From the NCBI RefSeq assembly GCF_004010195.1, contig NC_057753.1:7108696-7142210 (forward strand): a stretch of 33,515 nt of DNA, read 5' to 3'. Under the pieces are notes generated by a model that saw nothing but the letters and a program-made list of their open reading frames with translations, searched no databases and was not told the DNA's origin. Shown here in pieces: positions 20,606-33,515 of this stretch. Every line of letters begins with the position of its first letter. Position 1 is the first letter of the stretch. This stretch comes from Chiloscyllium plagiosum. Taxonomy: Eukaryota. The position numbers and the translations under genes were made by a program.

Positions 20606-23290
20606 GGTAACCCGTGTGAAAAGTTCTTCAAATGAGTGAATTGATAACAAAGGTGCTGGTTTTGAAGCCGCCTGTGGCTTACCTGCCCATTGTTATATAT
20701 GACATGTTCAGCAAAAGATTACCACATCCTTGGTCAGTCCAGGCCAATGAAAAAAAAACGTTCACCTGAGCATTTCCTACCCCAAGGTGACGACGAGTAG
20801 GCAATTCGTGTGCTACATGTAACACCTTCAGTTTGTCTGCTCCCAGTGCTCTGGTGCACTTCGGCCCATTTCCCTTCTGTACTAACCAGCCGTCATCTCC
20901 ATTTCTGTCTTCAGATTCTATATTCCAGATTATAATCTTCCAGAAAACGTTTTGCCTCTTTTCGTAGTGGGCATACACATATAAAACCATTCATTATCTT
21001 GTCTTGCTACTGCAAGTCTCTTAGCCTTCCAGGGATAAACACTCCCGTCTGATCCTCTGCCTGTTCAGGTTTTTCCTGCACCATTACGTCAAACAGGGTG
21101 TGTGCCAACTTAACTTCAACTCCTTCTTCTTTCTCTACTTTTTGCTTCATTGTGTTTCTTATGATAGTCAGATCAAATTACTACACAGTCTGGGAAAATA
21201 CCAGGATAAACCTCAGTTTCTTGGACTTTCTTGGGCTTTTCCATAGAATGGGGTGTCACTCCCACCTTGGATCTTGCCAAATCATTCCCAAGAAAAAAAC
21301 TGAAATCCTGAAACTGACAGTCTGTCAATCACTCCCATTGTGACTTCCTCAGACTTAAGTTGGTACTCCAACCGGATCTTACATAGAGGAAAGCTAAGTT
21401 TCTGTCCATCTATCCCACAAATTACCACACTCACGGCTAACAGATCAGAAACAATGCATATTTGCTCATCCCTAACGATTAATGACTGGTGTGATCCTGA
21501 CTCTTTGATTTTTTTTTGTATTCCTTCCCCGTTCTTTTGGAATAACCTTTAGTCGCAAAGGCGACCTCTTTTTCGAGATAAGGTCCTAACTCCATACTGA
21601 GCCCCTGCCTAGGCTGTGCACTCTCCTGCAGATCCTCGGCTCATCTTGGAGTTATGTTAGTACCTTCACTAATGTCTCTGGCTTATCTTCGCTTATCACA
21701 TCTTTTTTTCACAGCACGTTTCTTTACTGACCAGCACTGTGACTTTACATGTCCCCCTTTACCATAGTGGAAACACCTGATGTCATTCTCCTCCTTTCGC
21801 TCCTATTGGGCATCGTTTTAAAAATCTTACCAATGCTCTCCACTCTTGTTTGTGCAATTTCGGATTTGTCTTCTCCGAACTTCTATCCGTCATAGGTCGA
21901 AATTTTGTTCGGAATCTTGTTTTCTGAAGCAACATGTATTCATCTGCTAATTCTGCTGTCATTCCCATTTCCTGAACATTCTGTGTCTCCACATGAATTC
22001 TTACCAGCTTTGAAAGTGAGTTTTTAAACTCATCCTGCAGAATAATCTCTCGTAGAGACTCAGTGGTCTTATCAATTTTTAAAGCAATTACTCAACAAGC
22101 AAAATTACCATATTTAATTCTTTCAAACTCAGCGTAAGTCTGACCTGTTTCCTTCGTTATGTTTGTGAACCGTTGTCTGTATGCTACCACTGCCAAAGGA
22201 TGAACACTTTAAATAGACTGTTTAACCTCTTCAAAGTCCCTTGACTCCTCATTTGACAGCGAGACAAATACCCCAATAGCTGTGCCAACCAGTTGTATAT
22301 GAATTGCCTTTAGCCATAAATCCTCGGACCGTTCCATCATCTGAGCCAACGTTTCAAATGAAAAAAGAAAGCCTTAGAATCTTCCGCATCAGAATGTACA
22401 GAGCACATTTCTTTACTCTCTGTTTCTCTCTCCCTTTCTTCTCTCTCTCTTTGCTCAGTGAAGAATCTTCTCTCTGTTTCTTTTCTGTCTCTTTTTCCTC
22501 TCTCTCTCTGTTTATCTCCTCAATCTACTTCCCTCAATTGTAATTTCTGTTTTTCTTCCTCTGCCCCTAATGTCTATTTCTCTGACACATCTAAGTAATT
22601 CCCTGACAATTTCAGCCATAATTTTGTGCTTCGTTAAACCCAAACTAACGTCTGGATGTAAGTTTGCTTGCAGAGCTGGAAGGTTTGTTTTCTGACGTAT
22701 TGTCACCACACTATTTTGTAAATGGCATTACTTTTGCGTGCTTTCTGTATCGCGTCTTTCAAGTTCATCAGCTGCGTTTTAATGAAAAATACCTTGCAAG
22801 AACCGCACGAAATACCGCATTGTACAAACAGGCAGAAAACCATCCATGAGGATACATGAACATCAACTTGCCACTAAACGAAATGAACCACATACACTTG
22901 CCGACGGGCACCGCCTCGTCTGGGAAAACATCACCAAAAAACACAGTGACTAGGATCCCACATTTCAGCACTTGAGGAAAAGAGCATGAAATTACGCAAT
23001 TATGCGAAATGACATCACCACAGAAAATACTGTCACCACAGGAAATGGCATAATCACAGGTAATGACGTCACTAACCGGCATTGGGTCGGTTCCAACCCG
23101 AAATTCAGCACTCTAAATCAGAGTGCAACATAAAACTAATCACAATGGTAGCGGTGTTCAAAGGAAATGGAAATGTAAAATTTGAGACCTGACGTCAAGT
23201 CTCATTTTAACTCCTTTATTCTCTTCACTCCACCTAACAAGTAAGTGGTTAACTTACAAAGTTCAGATATCTCTTGCGACGATGCTGCCC
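20606..23290 (-). mobile_element. Decayed Gmr1/SCAN-type Gypsy internal region, copy B
   Basis: KVLHVAHELPTRRHLGVG (integrase HH, ORF 20679..20990), CFHYGKGGHVKSQCW knuckle (~21730..21780), AELADEYMLLQK (gag). Paralogous to 676..3690. Confidence 0.82.
22648..23078. mobile_element. Penelope fragment with inversion in the Gypsy gag, copy B, ending in 18-bp tandem repeats (~23003..23073)
   Basis: KIPCKNRTKYRIVQTGRK...RIHEHQLATKR; repeat units acagaaaatactgtcacc / acaggaaatggcataatc / acaggtaatgacgtcact. Confidence 0.78.
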
Positions 23291-23299
23291 CGTTTAAAA

Positions 23300-26010
23300 G
23301 GGTATTCTATCCGCGTTGTTTTTTTTTATTCCAGACTGTGCATAAACATAGAGGTTCCGTAATGTCTTCATATATTTGCTTGAAAAATCGTTCAACTTTA
23401 ATTTAGACACTTGTGCAATGAGAACGGAGTGGCCAGTTCTCAAAGTTCAGGGCACGGATTAGGTTGGTTTTGGCAAGCTGTTTTTTTTTAATGCTCTGTT
23501 CAAGCTTTAGGTTGGAACGCAAAAAAGCTGTTGCGGACCCAGTGAAGCACTTTCATGCCGATTCCTTCTCCTCCTGACATCTCTCCTTCAAGAACCTGAG
23601 TTTGAAATTCCGTTTTGGCCAAATCGAGTTTGTGGGACGTTTCAGGAATTTGGAAGAGCATCATTAATTTGCAAAAGAGTCGTTTGAGTGTCCAGATAGT
23701 TATGCGTTTCTAAATTTTACATTATTTTGTTTGAGTGTGAATACATGCTGCTTTGTTTAAACTGGGTGTTTGAGCTAGCTGCATCAGTCCTGGAATATCC
23801 ATTACACAACCGTTTAAACAAAAACAGGAATGTTTGGAACTGAGCTACCATTTTGAACAGTTGTGAAGGGATCTGGCTGCTTCATGAAGACTGGGGTGTC
23901 GTAGCCGGATTTGCTTTAAGATTTTGATTTGTTGTCAGGGTTGTAGGACTCGAATTTGGCGATTGGTCGCTTTTAGTGTCTCCTGGGCTGGGCGTTGAAC
24001 TTGTTTGTTTTAAGCAGTGCTTGATGTAGTCATGGCTTCTTCAGGCACCAAGAACTTTCTGAGGGTGACTTTGTGATTTTCCAAAAGGCGATCAAGGAAA
24101 AGCTGCTGGAATTGGGAGTCAAGCTGGAGATGAAGCTGCCTCCTTCCATTAGGCAAGAAAAGGTAACTAAAACAATCAGTCAGCATGTGAATTTTCTGGA
24201 AACGCCAGCAGAAGCTTTAGATTTAGCAAAACATTCAGTTGGACATGAAGCAGCTTGAGATAGATGCAGAAGAAAAGGAAAGGGAAAAAGACTTGATACT
24301 GTATGAATTACGATTACGGGCGAGTTAAGAGAAAAAGAACGAAATGTCCTTGCAGAATAAAAAGCAAGGTACAGGTAGGAAAGGAAACAAAGAGAAAGAA
24401 AGTTTGATCTACATAAATTAACACTTCGAAAGGAAAGTCAGCTTAAAAGGATAGTGATGAAGGCTGACGGTAAGCTGAATGAGGAAGAGAGGTAGATGAG
24501 CAAACATATGGCCGTCAAAATCCTGTTGGGAATTTATTCAAATGCATTCAATCATGGACGATATTCGATGAGATGGATATCGAAGCCTTTTCCCATCTCA
24601 TTTGACAAGGTAGCTAAACAAATGAAGGGACCAGTGACCATGTGGGTTTTGCTGATCCAAACTAAACTTGTCGGTTGAGCTAGTGCATTATTTGCATCAC
24701 TATCAGAGGATGTATTTGCGGCGTATGAGGATGTGAAGATAGCCATTTTAAGTGCGAATTAGGTTTTGCGACCAACTACAGACAGCATTTCAGTAACCTA
24801 CGGAGGGTCTATAGTCAAACCTACATTGAGATTTAAAGGAATAAACGAAGCTATTTTGACAGATGGATATGGGCGTTAATGGTACAGCAAATCCATGTCG
24901 CTTTTAGAGATAAGATTATTTTGTTGAAGTTCAATAAAAATCACTTCTCGAAATATGGGAAATCATGCGGAAGAGCTGAAAGTTGAAACGGTAAGATTAG
25001 CAGAAGAAAAGACGAGTTGGTTGAATAAATGAACTTCGCTTCCAACATCGATTTCAATCGGGAAGTAACTGAAATAGGGCAAAAGGAAAATCCCAAAGTA
25101 ACAACAGAAAGGTAGATCTCGGTGAAGATCACAAAGATAACTTACCACAGGATGAAAGGGAAAGCCGTGAAGGGGAAATGGAAGTGAAAAACCTCCAGTG
25201 CTTTCACTGCAATTAAGTGGGCCACTTGAAAGTACGGTGTTGATGTGTGAAAAAAAGCATAAGGAAGCCAGAAGGAGGAGAATCGGACAAGCCAGTTAAT
25301 TTTGTTACTTTTGGAACCGAAATCATTGTGGGATCTAAAAAGCTGCAGAAGAATGCACAACCTAGTCAGAGTCCAGTTAAGGAGAAATTGTCAGGTCATT
25401 ACGAAGGTTAACTTCACTCTCCAATGTCAGCGCAGCAGGTAAATAGTTTATAATAGGAAGAATACAGGATCCTCTCCATCTTTGGTGTTGGACGACGACG
25501 GTATATGTACCTTTGAAGGACTGTTGTCAGAAAAAAATGCAAGTAACGGGATTTTACGGTGAGACAAGAAGTGCTCAATTAGAGTGAAGTTAGAGTGCAC
25601 AGTAAAGAGTAGAGAAGTTGTGGTAGGAGTCCTGAATAAGCTCTCAGCTCCAGGAATACAGTTGTCCTTGCTGACGATGCAACTGGGTCACAGTCAGGAG
25701 TTCTGCCGACTTTGGTTGAAAAGCCAATGAAACCTCTGCTGCTGAACTTTTGCGGGAAACATATGTTTTTGTTTTTGCAGACTGTGTGAAAATGACGTCA
25801 TAAGGACAACAGTTGAAAGAAAAGTGATCAAAGAAGACAGATAAGAACCTTATAATGGAATTACGTGAGTTATTACTTGATCAAATGCTTGTGACAGAAC
25901 AGAAGCAAATGAATGGCAAAGTAGAAATCCTTCGTTCAGAGAAATTAACTGAGTAGCAGCAGGAGGATGAGAAGGTAAAGGAATTACCGGAGAGGTCATA
26001 CACAAACACA
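23300..26010 (+). mobile_element. Second Gmr1/SCAN-type Gypsy element, copy B: probable LTR, PBS-like site 23892..23913, gag, CCHC and protease remnants
   Basis: AIKEKLLELGVKLEMKLPPSIR; ISFDKVAKQMKGPVTMWVLLIQTKLVG; CFHCN*VGHLKVRC (~25199..25240); NTGSSPSL protease-like site (~25460); VVVGVLNKLSAPGIQ and GSQSGVLPTLVEKP. Confidence 0.8.
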
Positions 26011-26419
26011 GGCTGCAATAAGTGTGTGGTTGAAGTTTTTTCGGACCAGTTTGATTACAGCTAATAGATACTGGTTTTGGCAGTCAGGTTATTCGCTGAA
26101 AGTAGCCAGGCAGTTCAGAAGTTGCTGGTCCCAATGAAGCAGTTCTATGCTGGTCATCTCTCCCTGACCTCTCTCCTCTCAGACACTGTGTTTGAAAAGT
26201 ATTTTTGGTTCCAAGGGTATTTTATATGGATTGTTGCAAGCGTTTGGAACAGCATTGTTCAGTTGGGATGCTCTATTGTGTTTTCGGGCAGCTTAAGTTA
26301 TTCGGTAGTCTAATCTCTTTACTTATGTTCTATTTCCATATTGCTCAGAACATTTAGGTTTTCCAGCGTGTGTCCAAATGTCTTTTAAACGTTGTAAACG
26401 TACATGCACCAAAAACTCC

Positions 26420-27265
26420 ATGAGGCCGTTCATTCCATACACAAGTCACTCTCTTTCTGAAAGAATTGCCACTCAGATCTATTTTAACCTTTCTGTTCTT
26501 ACTTTACCAATATGCCATCTGGTTTTGAAGTGCGCTTCCTGAAAGAAAAGACCTTTGCTACTCTTTATTTCTTTGCCCGCAAGTCTTATAAACTATTATA
26601 AGTTCACCCCTCAATGTCCTGTGCTCCAGTGAACAGATCTAGCATTTCTTTATACCTCATACTGTCTAGTCGCAGCAGCATGCTTTTAAATCTTAACTGT
26701 AGCATCTTCAAGTTAATGCTATCATACCAGCAGCAGGGCGACCAGAGCTGTACACAACCCTAAAGAAAGGTAGCTGACCCATCGTCATGTTCAGTCTCAA
26801 AATGACGTCTCAATTCATACCTTCAACGTTTTGGTGTCCTTCGCCATGACTAACCATGACTCCTAACTTCGCATCCCAATCGTATATACAAAAGACAAGC
26901 GACAGTTGAACTCCACCCATCCCCTTAGCTGATGACAGGCCACCAATCTGAATAAATAAGTGTCGCTTGCCCCACTCTGTTTCATACAGTCAAACCACCG
27001 TTCCAATGAATCGTCAAGTTTTCCCTGATTTCGATATCATCTCAATTTGATGAATAACCTGACAGTGCGCAACCGAGTCAATGTCTTAACCAAAACCCAT
27101 ATGCACAACGCCTACCGCCCTGCCTTCATGTATCTTTTGGTTCATCCTGTCAAAAAGTCAATGAAATTTCTGAGACAAGATTTTCCACGAACAAACCGAT
27201 ATTGACTATCCCTAATTCGTCATTGCTTCTCCAAATGCATGCCAATCTGTCTCTCAGAATCCAGT
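26420..27265 (-). mobile_element. Degraded CR1 RT/3' fragment, copy B
   Basis: cagggcgaccagagctgtacacaa (antisense CVQLWSP), aatgaaatttctgagacaagattttcc (antisense GKSCLRNFI), caaaccgatattgactatccctaat (antisense IRDSQYRFV). Confidence 0.65.
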
Positions 27266-28669
27266 GGCGCAAATTATTCATGCAATTTTATGATCTTTGT
27301 CACCTCCTCCATTTTTTATGCAGGTTTTTTATTTAAATTGTTTTTCAAAGAGAGAAATCTCTTCGTTTACCGCAAATAAACTGCTCATAGGTACATGAGG
27401 CAACAGATAAATTGTCGACTCCAGTTCAATATTCATCGTGAACCCTGTGTGATTCGTAATTCTCCCCATTTTCTATCCAATGCTAAAATATATCAAAGAA
27501 AATCACTGTCAAGATCGCTCTAAAATGAAATAGTATTTTGCGCAGTAGATTTTATGAGAATTCTGTTTACTTTTTAGTTGACACCAGCACCCAGCAATCA
27601 TAATTTCGTTCATCATCCTTTCAAAATCTCCCCCATTCCATTCAAAGCAAAATTAGTTTTTAATGGTGTCGTCAATTAAAGTGCGTCTCAATTTGTAATT
27701 GTTTGGTTTATTTGAGAGAAAATTATTTTCAAAGATGAAAATATGAGAAAGCTAACTCTTCTCTGAGTGCATCCAACATCAGTGTAAAGCTGCCAATTTC
27801 AAATCATACTTGGTACATTCTGAATTTTTCAAGACTGTTTTCCGCGTTTCAACAGACAAAATTCAACTGATTCAATTAATTTATTGTGACAACGTGTGCC
27901 TAAATACAGTAAAATAATTTGTTTGTAAGGCATACAGAAAGGATAAAGTAAGCCAAGACATGCAGAGCATAAGTTTCATATAGAGGAAAACAGATAACAT
28001 CAAATGTATGTTTAAATGAGTGGAATATTTATAATCAATGCTATGATGAGTACCGATGTAGATCACTCACAGGGAGTCGCTCGCTGTCGGCGCCAAGTAG
28101 AACAAACGTGTGCTATTCTTTGTATCTGTTGTGTAAGGGTCGATAATCCGCTCCATCTATCCTTTCCCCGAAACAAAACCCACAGAACATTTGTATGTTC
28201 AACAAGTCCTGTTGCATTTGAAGTACATGGTGCACCACAATTTCAGTTTTAGGCAGTGAGACAAACATGCTCTCATTGAACCAAACATTAGATATTCGGA
28301 CATAGAGCAGACAACTTTGTTTTCATGAATGAGAGTAAAGAAAGCTGCAATAGTTTTCTCACCATGTAACTGTGAAGTGCAACCATGGATTTCAGTCCAA
28401 GTGCATGAACGAAGACATTTAGTACATGATTGAGGATGACGTTTTTCATTCAGAGAATGGTGAGCTTGATGATTTACTGCTGCAGAGAATGGATGAGGCT
28501 TAAAAAGTAAATGTTTCAAAAACGTACCTTTGCATGTTCCTGAAGGCTCCAGGATACAAATGGTAGAAGGAGCAAGCGGATAAACGTTAATGAGTTTTAT
28601 GGTCAGCAATAAACATTTTGAATATGGAGTAGACGTGATGGTCTGAAGGTACTGTAAACACAGAAAAGA

Positions 28670-30880
28670 CAGTATAGAACAGTGCAGCAGAGTACAGGCC
28701 ATTCGACCCTCGATGTTGAGACGAGCTTTCATCCCACTCTACAGTAAAACTGATTGGCGTACTCTTCATTTTACTATCATACATGTTCCTATACAAGATT
28801 CGCTTAAATATCCGAAATACATCTGACTCCATGACCACCGCTGACAGTTCATTCCATGGACCCACCACTTTCTGTGTATAAAGAACCTACATCTGACGTT
28901 TCGCCGAAAACCTTTCTCCAATCAATATAAGATTATGCACACTCGTGATATCTATTTCTGGCCTGTGTGAAACTGTTGGGCTACCCAGTTTGTTTATGCC
29001 TCTCATCATCTCGTGCACCTCCATCTATCCATTTCTCATCTTCTTCACTACAATGAGAAAAAACCCCGCTCCCTAACCTACATACATCAGACATGCTCTC
29101 CATCCAGGCAGCATTCTCTAAAGCTTGCATATCCTTCCTATCATGAATCGACAAGAACTGAATACAATATTCCAGGTGTTACATAATTAGGGTTACATAG
29201 AACTGCAGCATAACTTCGTGGCTCTTCAACTCAGCCTCCCTGCTAATGAAATCCACCAAAACATTCGCCCTTTTATGAACCCTATCAACTTGATTGGAAA
29301 CTTTGAGGGATCCGTGTAATGAATCCCAAAACCACTCTGTTCCCCAACACTGTCAAAACCTGCCCTCAAACCTGTAATCTGCATTCAAATTCGAACTTCC
29401 AAATCGAATCACTTCTCTCTTTTTCAGGTTGAATTACGTATTCCTCTAACCTGACGGGTTCTGCATCCTTTCAATGTCCCGTTGTTAAATCACAACAGGC
29501 CTCCAGATTAGACACAACTCCACCAACTTCCGTTTTACCGGCAAACTTACTAATCAACACTTCCAGTTCCTGATCCCAGTCATTAATGAAAATCACAAAG
29601 AGGTGAGGTACTAGAACTAATAGAATTGTAATTCCCCCTCCACCAATTAAATAATTTTCCATAATGTCTACTCCTCTCCCTCACCATGCCTAATTTAATG
29701 ATCAAGAAGTTGTGATCACTATCACCGAAATGTTCTCCAACTGAGAGATCTGCCACCTGACCTGATTCGTTGCTAAGCACCAAATCTAAAATGAACTCCC
29801 CTCTAGTCGGCCCATCTCCACACTGAGTGAGGAACCCTTCACAGGCACACCTGACAGAATTTGTTCCATCCAAATGATTTTCCCTCAAGATGTGCCAACC
29901 AATATTAAGGAAGTTGATGTCACCCATTACAACAACGCTGTTACTTTTGAACCTTTCCAAAATCTGCCATCTAATCTGCTCCTTCAGGTCTATGTTGGTA
30001 TTGGGTATCTGTGGAATCCTCCCAACAAATTGAGTTTCTCTTCCCTATTTCTGACTTTCACCCCTCCTGACTCAATAAGCAAACTCTCATCGACGGCCTC
30101 CCTTTCTGCAGTTGTGTTACTATCTCTGATTAGCAATTCCTCTCCACCACCTCTTTTACCTCCCTCCCTATTACTTTTGAAACAAGTAATGTGCAGAACA
30201 TTGGCGAACCATTCATACCCCTATGCTCTAAGTTCATCATCCATATTCCAAACTCTTTTGTGTTAAAATAGACACACTTCAATCAAACACATGGACTGCA
30301 ACGTTGGCCTATCAAGTGTTTATCCTCCCTCGCAGACTCTGCTCTCGCTGTATCTGCCTGTCCACCAGCTGCCTCCAACCTCTCATATATCGGTTCGGTT
30401 CCCATCTCCCTGCCAAATTAGTTCAAACCTTCCTGAACAGCTATTGCAAACTTCCCGGGGAAGATACTGGTGCCCCTCCCGTTCAGGTGCAACACATTAT
30501 TCTTGGTAAGGTCCCACCTTCCCCAGAATTTATCGTGATGATGCACATATCTGAAGCCCTGTCTCCTACACCAGCTCTGCAGTCACGTGTTCAGCTTCAT
30601 GCGCACTCTTTTCCTTGCCTCACGCCCGTGGTATATGTAGCAATCCGGACAGCACTACTCTGCTTGTCCTACCTTTTAGCTTCTAAATTAACTGCCTGTA
30701 TTTACTTTTCACGCCCACATTCCTTTCTATCTATGTCGTTCTCACCGATGTGTACCACGACATCTGGCTGCTAACATTTTCCCTTTAGGGTCCAGTGAAC
30801 TCGATCCTAGATATTCCTGAACTTGGCACTGAGGGGTAAATACACTTTTGGGGAGGATTGTTCGCTGTTGACAATGCTTC
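28670..30880 (-). mobile_element. Old internally deleted CR1 LINE, copy B (paralog of 7590..9780)
   Basis: APE motifs VVVMGDINFLNIGW...PTRGEFILDLVLSNESGQV...GEHFGDSDHN (29583..29960) fused directly to RT LVLVPHLFVIFINDWDQELEVLISKFAGKTEVGG. Confidence 0.87.
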
Positions 30881-31390
30881 TTCTGTACGTTCTCTTATAT
30901 TCAATGTTTCTATGAATGCACGATTCGTTAATGAACTTATCACTGAGTGTTTAGGCATCATGCCTGTTTGCGCTATCAACTAATTAAAAACTACTGCCTG
31001 TTTCATTTGGTCAATAAACTACGCTTTATTCAGTACTGCCCAATAACCAGCATAGCAAGAAAGGACCTTTCTTTGCGATTTTTTGTTTCTTAGATCTTGC
31101 ATAGCATCAAGTTTCAAAGTCATTTTGTAGAATAATCATGTCCCATATTCACGTAAATGTTTTGCAGTGCATCCACGTGTCTTACAGTAAAAGCTTTGAT
31201 TGTTTTTGTTATGACATTAAACTGGTGCATTTCATTTTAGCATCTGTAATGAAGTCCATTAATTATTAGTCAGATTTTACTCATGAAACCCAATTGCTTT
31301 TTTAAGCTTTGAGTCCCGAGGCTGAAAATCTCACCTTGAAAATGATATGCTATATGTACAATGTAAAATGAAACATTAATAGCATAAAGT

Positions 31391-33276
31391 GTAAAAAAAA
31401 AAGGAAATAAGCGGGCTAAAAGGGGTCATGAAATAGCTTTACCAACCAGAATTAATGAAAATCACAAAGCATTTTATTCTTATATCAGAAGCAAGCGGGT
31501 AAATAAGGAAAGGATTGGTCCACTAAAAGATAATGAAGGAAGGCTGCGTGCCGGACCTGAGATAATGTGTGAGATTCTGAATGATTACTTTGCATCAGTG
31601 TACAATGAAGAGAGGAACACGATGAACCTTGAGATTAGAGATAAAAGTTGGATTAGTGTCGATCACATTGGCATAAATAGGGTAGTTGTGTTAGGTATGC
31701 TCGAGTTTTTTTAGGTGCCTAAGTCGCCAGGACCGGAAAGGATCTATCCGACATTGCTGAGGCAGGCGAAGGAGGAAATAGCTGGGATCCTGACTTATAT
31801 ATTTTTGGCATCCTTAAACACTGGTGCGGTGCTGAAGGACTGGTAGATTGCTCATGTTGTCCCCCTGTACAAGAAGGGTAGTAGGCATATTCCGGGTAAG
31901 GACACACCAGTGAACCTGAAGTCCTTGTCGGGACGATGCTGGAGAGTGTACTCAGAGACAAGATGCATTTATATTTGGAAAGGAATGAGCTTATCAGTGA
32001 TGGGCAACATGGCTTTGTGTAGGGAAGATATTGCCCTCACAACATGATAGAGCTCTTCGAGGAAGTGGCCAAGTTGTTAGATGAAGGAAGAGATGTTGAT
32101 GTCATATACATGGGATTCAGTAAGGCGTTTGATAAGACCATTGCAGTCTAATGTAAAAAGCGAAATCACATGGCCAGCAGGGTGTTCTAGCTAGTAGGAT
32201 AAAGATCTGGTTGAGCAACAGGAGACAGAGAGTCGTAGTTGAAGAGAGTTTCTCGCAATGAAGAAAGGTGATAAGTGGTGTTCCACAGGGGTCAGTATTA
32301 GGGCCACTGTTGTGTATAATATACGTAAATGATCGACAAGAGGGTACTGTTGGTATGATTAACAAGTTTGCAGACGACACAAAGATTGGTGGTGTAGCAG
32401 AAAACATTAGGGACTGTCAGAGAATACATAAGAATATAGATATACTGGAGAGTTGGGCAGAAAAGTGGCAAATGGCTTTCAATCCGACCAATAGTGAAGT
32501 GATGCATTCAGGCAAGTCTTTTTCCAGATCGAATTATACAATGAATGAAAGAATCTTGGGAAACGTTAATGGGCAGAGAGATCTGGCAGTGCAGGTCCAT
32601 TGTACCCTGAAGGTTGCTGCACAGGTGGATAGAGTGGTCAAGCAGTCATATAGTATGCTTGCCTGCATTGGACGAGGAATTGAGGATAAGAGCTGGCAAG
32701 TCATGTTAAAATTTTACAAGACATTGGTTCGGCTGCATTTAGAATACTACGTACTGTTCTGGTCGCCAACATTACCAAAAGGATGTGGGGGCTTTGGAGA
32801 GGGTACAGAAAAAGTTTACGAGGATGTTGCCTGGTATGGACGGTACGAGCTATGAAGAGAGTTTGAGTAGGTTAGGTTTATCTTCACTCGAAGAAACGAG
32901 ATTGAGGGGGGATTTGATTGAGGTTTACAAAATCATGAAGAGTACAGACAGGGTGGATAGAGACAAGCTTATTTCCCAGGGTGAAGAGTTCAGTAACGAG
33001 AGGTCTCGCTTTCAAGCTGAGAGGTGGAAAGTTTAAGGGGGATACACGTGGCAAGTACATCACACAGAGGGTGGTAGGCGTTTGGAACAGAGGAAGGCAC
33101 GGCAGATTCATTTAATATGCATTTGACAGATGATTCAGGAGGTGGGGAGCAGAGGAACACAAATGCTTAGGAAGTGACCGACAGGTTAAGACAATACATT
33201 TGGATCGTCTCAGGCTTGGCGGTCCGAAGGGTCTGTTCCTGGGCTGTAAAATCTCTTTGTTCTTTTTACCTTGTTC
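31391..33276 (+). mobile_element. 5'-truncated CR1 LINE (frameshifted ORF2), specific to copy B, TAAAGT target-site duplication
   Basis: SGVPQGSVLGPLLCIIYVND...INKFADDTKIGG...WAEKWQMAFNP...LVRLHLEYYVLFWSP; LERVQKKFTRMLPGM...RLRGDLIEVYKIM. taaagt flanks it at 31385..31390 and 33277..33282; the empty site cataaagtcaccc is at ~11844..11856. Confidence 0.95.
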
Positions 33277-33515
33277 TAAAGTCACCCACAGCAAATATCC
33301 AATAGGAATTCAAAAAAATGTGCCCGCAAAACACAACGTGCAATCTTTTCTTTTGGGTTTTCAGTAAGTAAGGATGACAGTAAAAGAGGTGAAACTAAGA
33401 TGAATTATCAAGGATTCTTTTGCTAAAACATATATGTTCGTCCGCATTTTTATCAAGTCTTCAGATTTGTCTCAAAAGAGATTTCACCATATTCTTCAGC
33501 TCTTTTCTCAATTTT

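Larger units (their letters stand above)
20450..33515 (+). repeat. Segmental/tandem duplication unit, copy B (runs off the window end)
   Basis: Same order of Gypsy(-), Penelope, Gypsy(+), CR1 piece, unique block, deleted CR1 and unique block as copy A, with shared junctions. Confidence 0.93.

Noticed and set aside
23003..23073. 18-bp periodic repeats as a CRISPR-like array
   Set aside because: The units are contiguous and degenerate with no spacers; they are part of the Penelope 3' region in eukaryotic DNA.
20450..33515. Copy B as a haplotype or assembly duplication of copy A
   Set aside because: Divergence of roughly 5-20% and several copy-specific TE insertions with TSDs indicate a genuine old duplication.

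Overview
Repeat-rich vertebrate genomic DNA. The HE1-type V-SINEs, CR1/HER1-type LINEs and Penelope families point to a cartilaginous fish, plausibly a bamboo/carpet shark (inference). The one recognisable host gene is a two-exon, minus-strand class A orphan GPCR of the elasmobranch GPR139-like type (exon 1 15559..15490, exon 2 13736..12853). It carries an in-frame TGA and has lost the TM3 cysteine, so it is probably a pseudogene. The window covers about 1.6 units of an old ~20-21 kb tandem segmental duplication: ~530..12000 is paralogous to ~20450..33515, at roughly 80-95% identity in the blocks compared by eye. Each unit holds the same nested TE scaffold: two divergent Gmr1/SCAN-type Gypsy remnants, a Penelope insertion and an internally deleted CR1. 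Each unit also has its own later insertions with identifiable empty sites and target-site duplications. Other notable items are a Penelope pLTR with a minimal hammerhead-ribozyme motif, a 41-bp fold-back beside an assembly gap, and a reconstructable 22-bp palindrome in a Gypsy leader. There are two N gaps (5804..6178, 14046..14145). No CRISPR, rRNA or bona fide tRNA gene is present. I found no firmly supported novel system; the best candidate is a birth-and-death array of orphan GPCRs. TE boundaries are approximate and no database searches were run.
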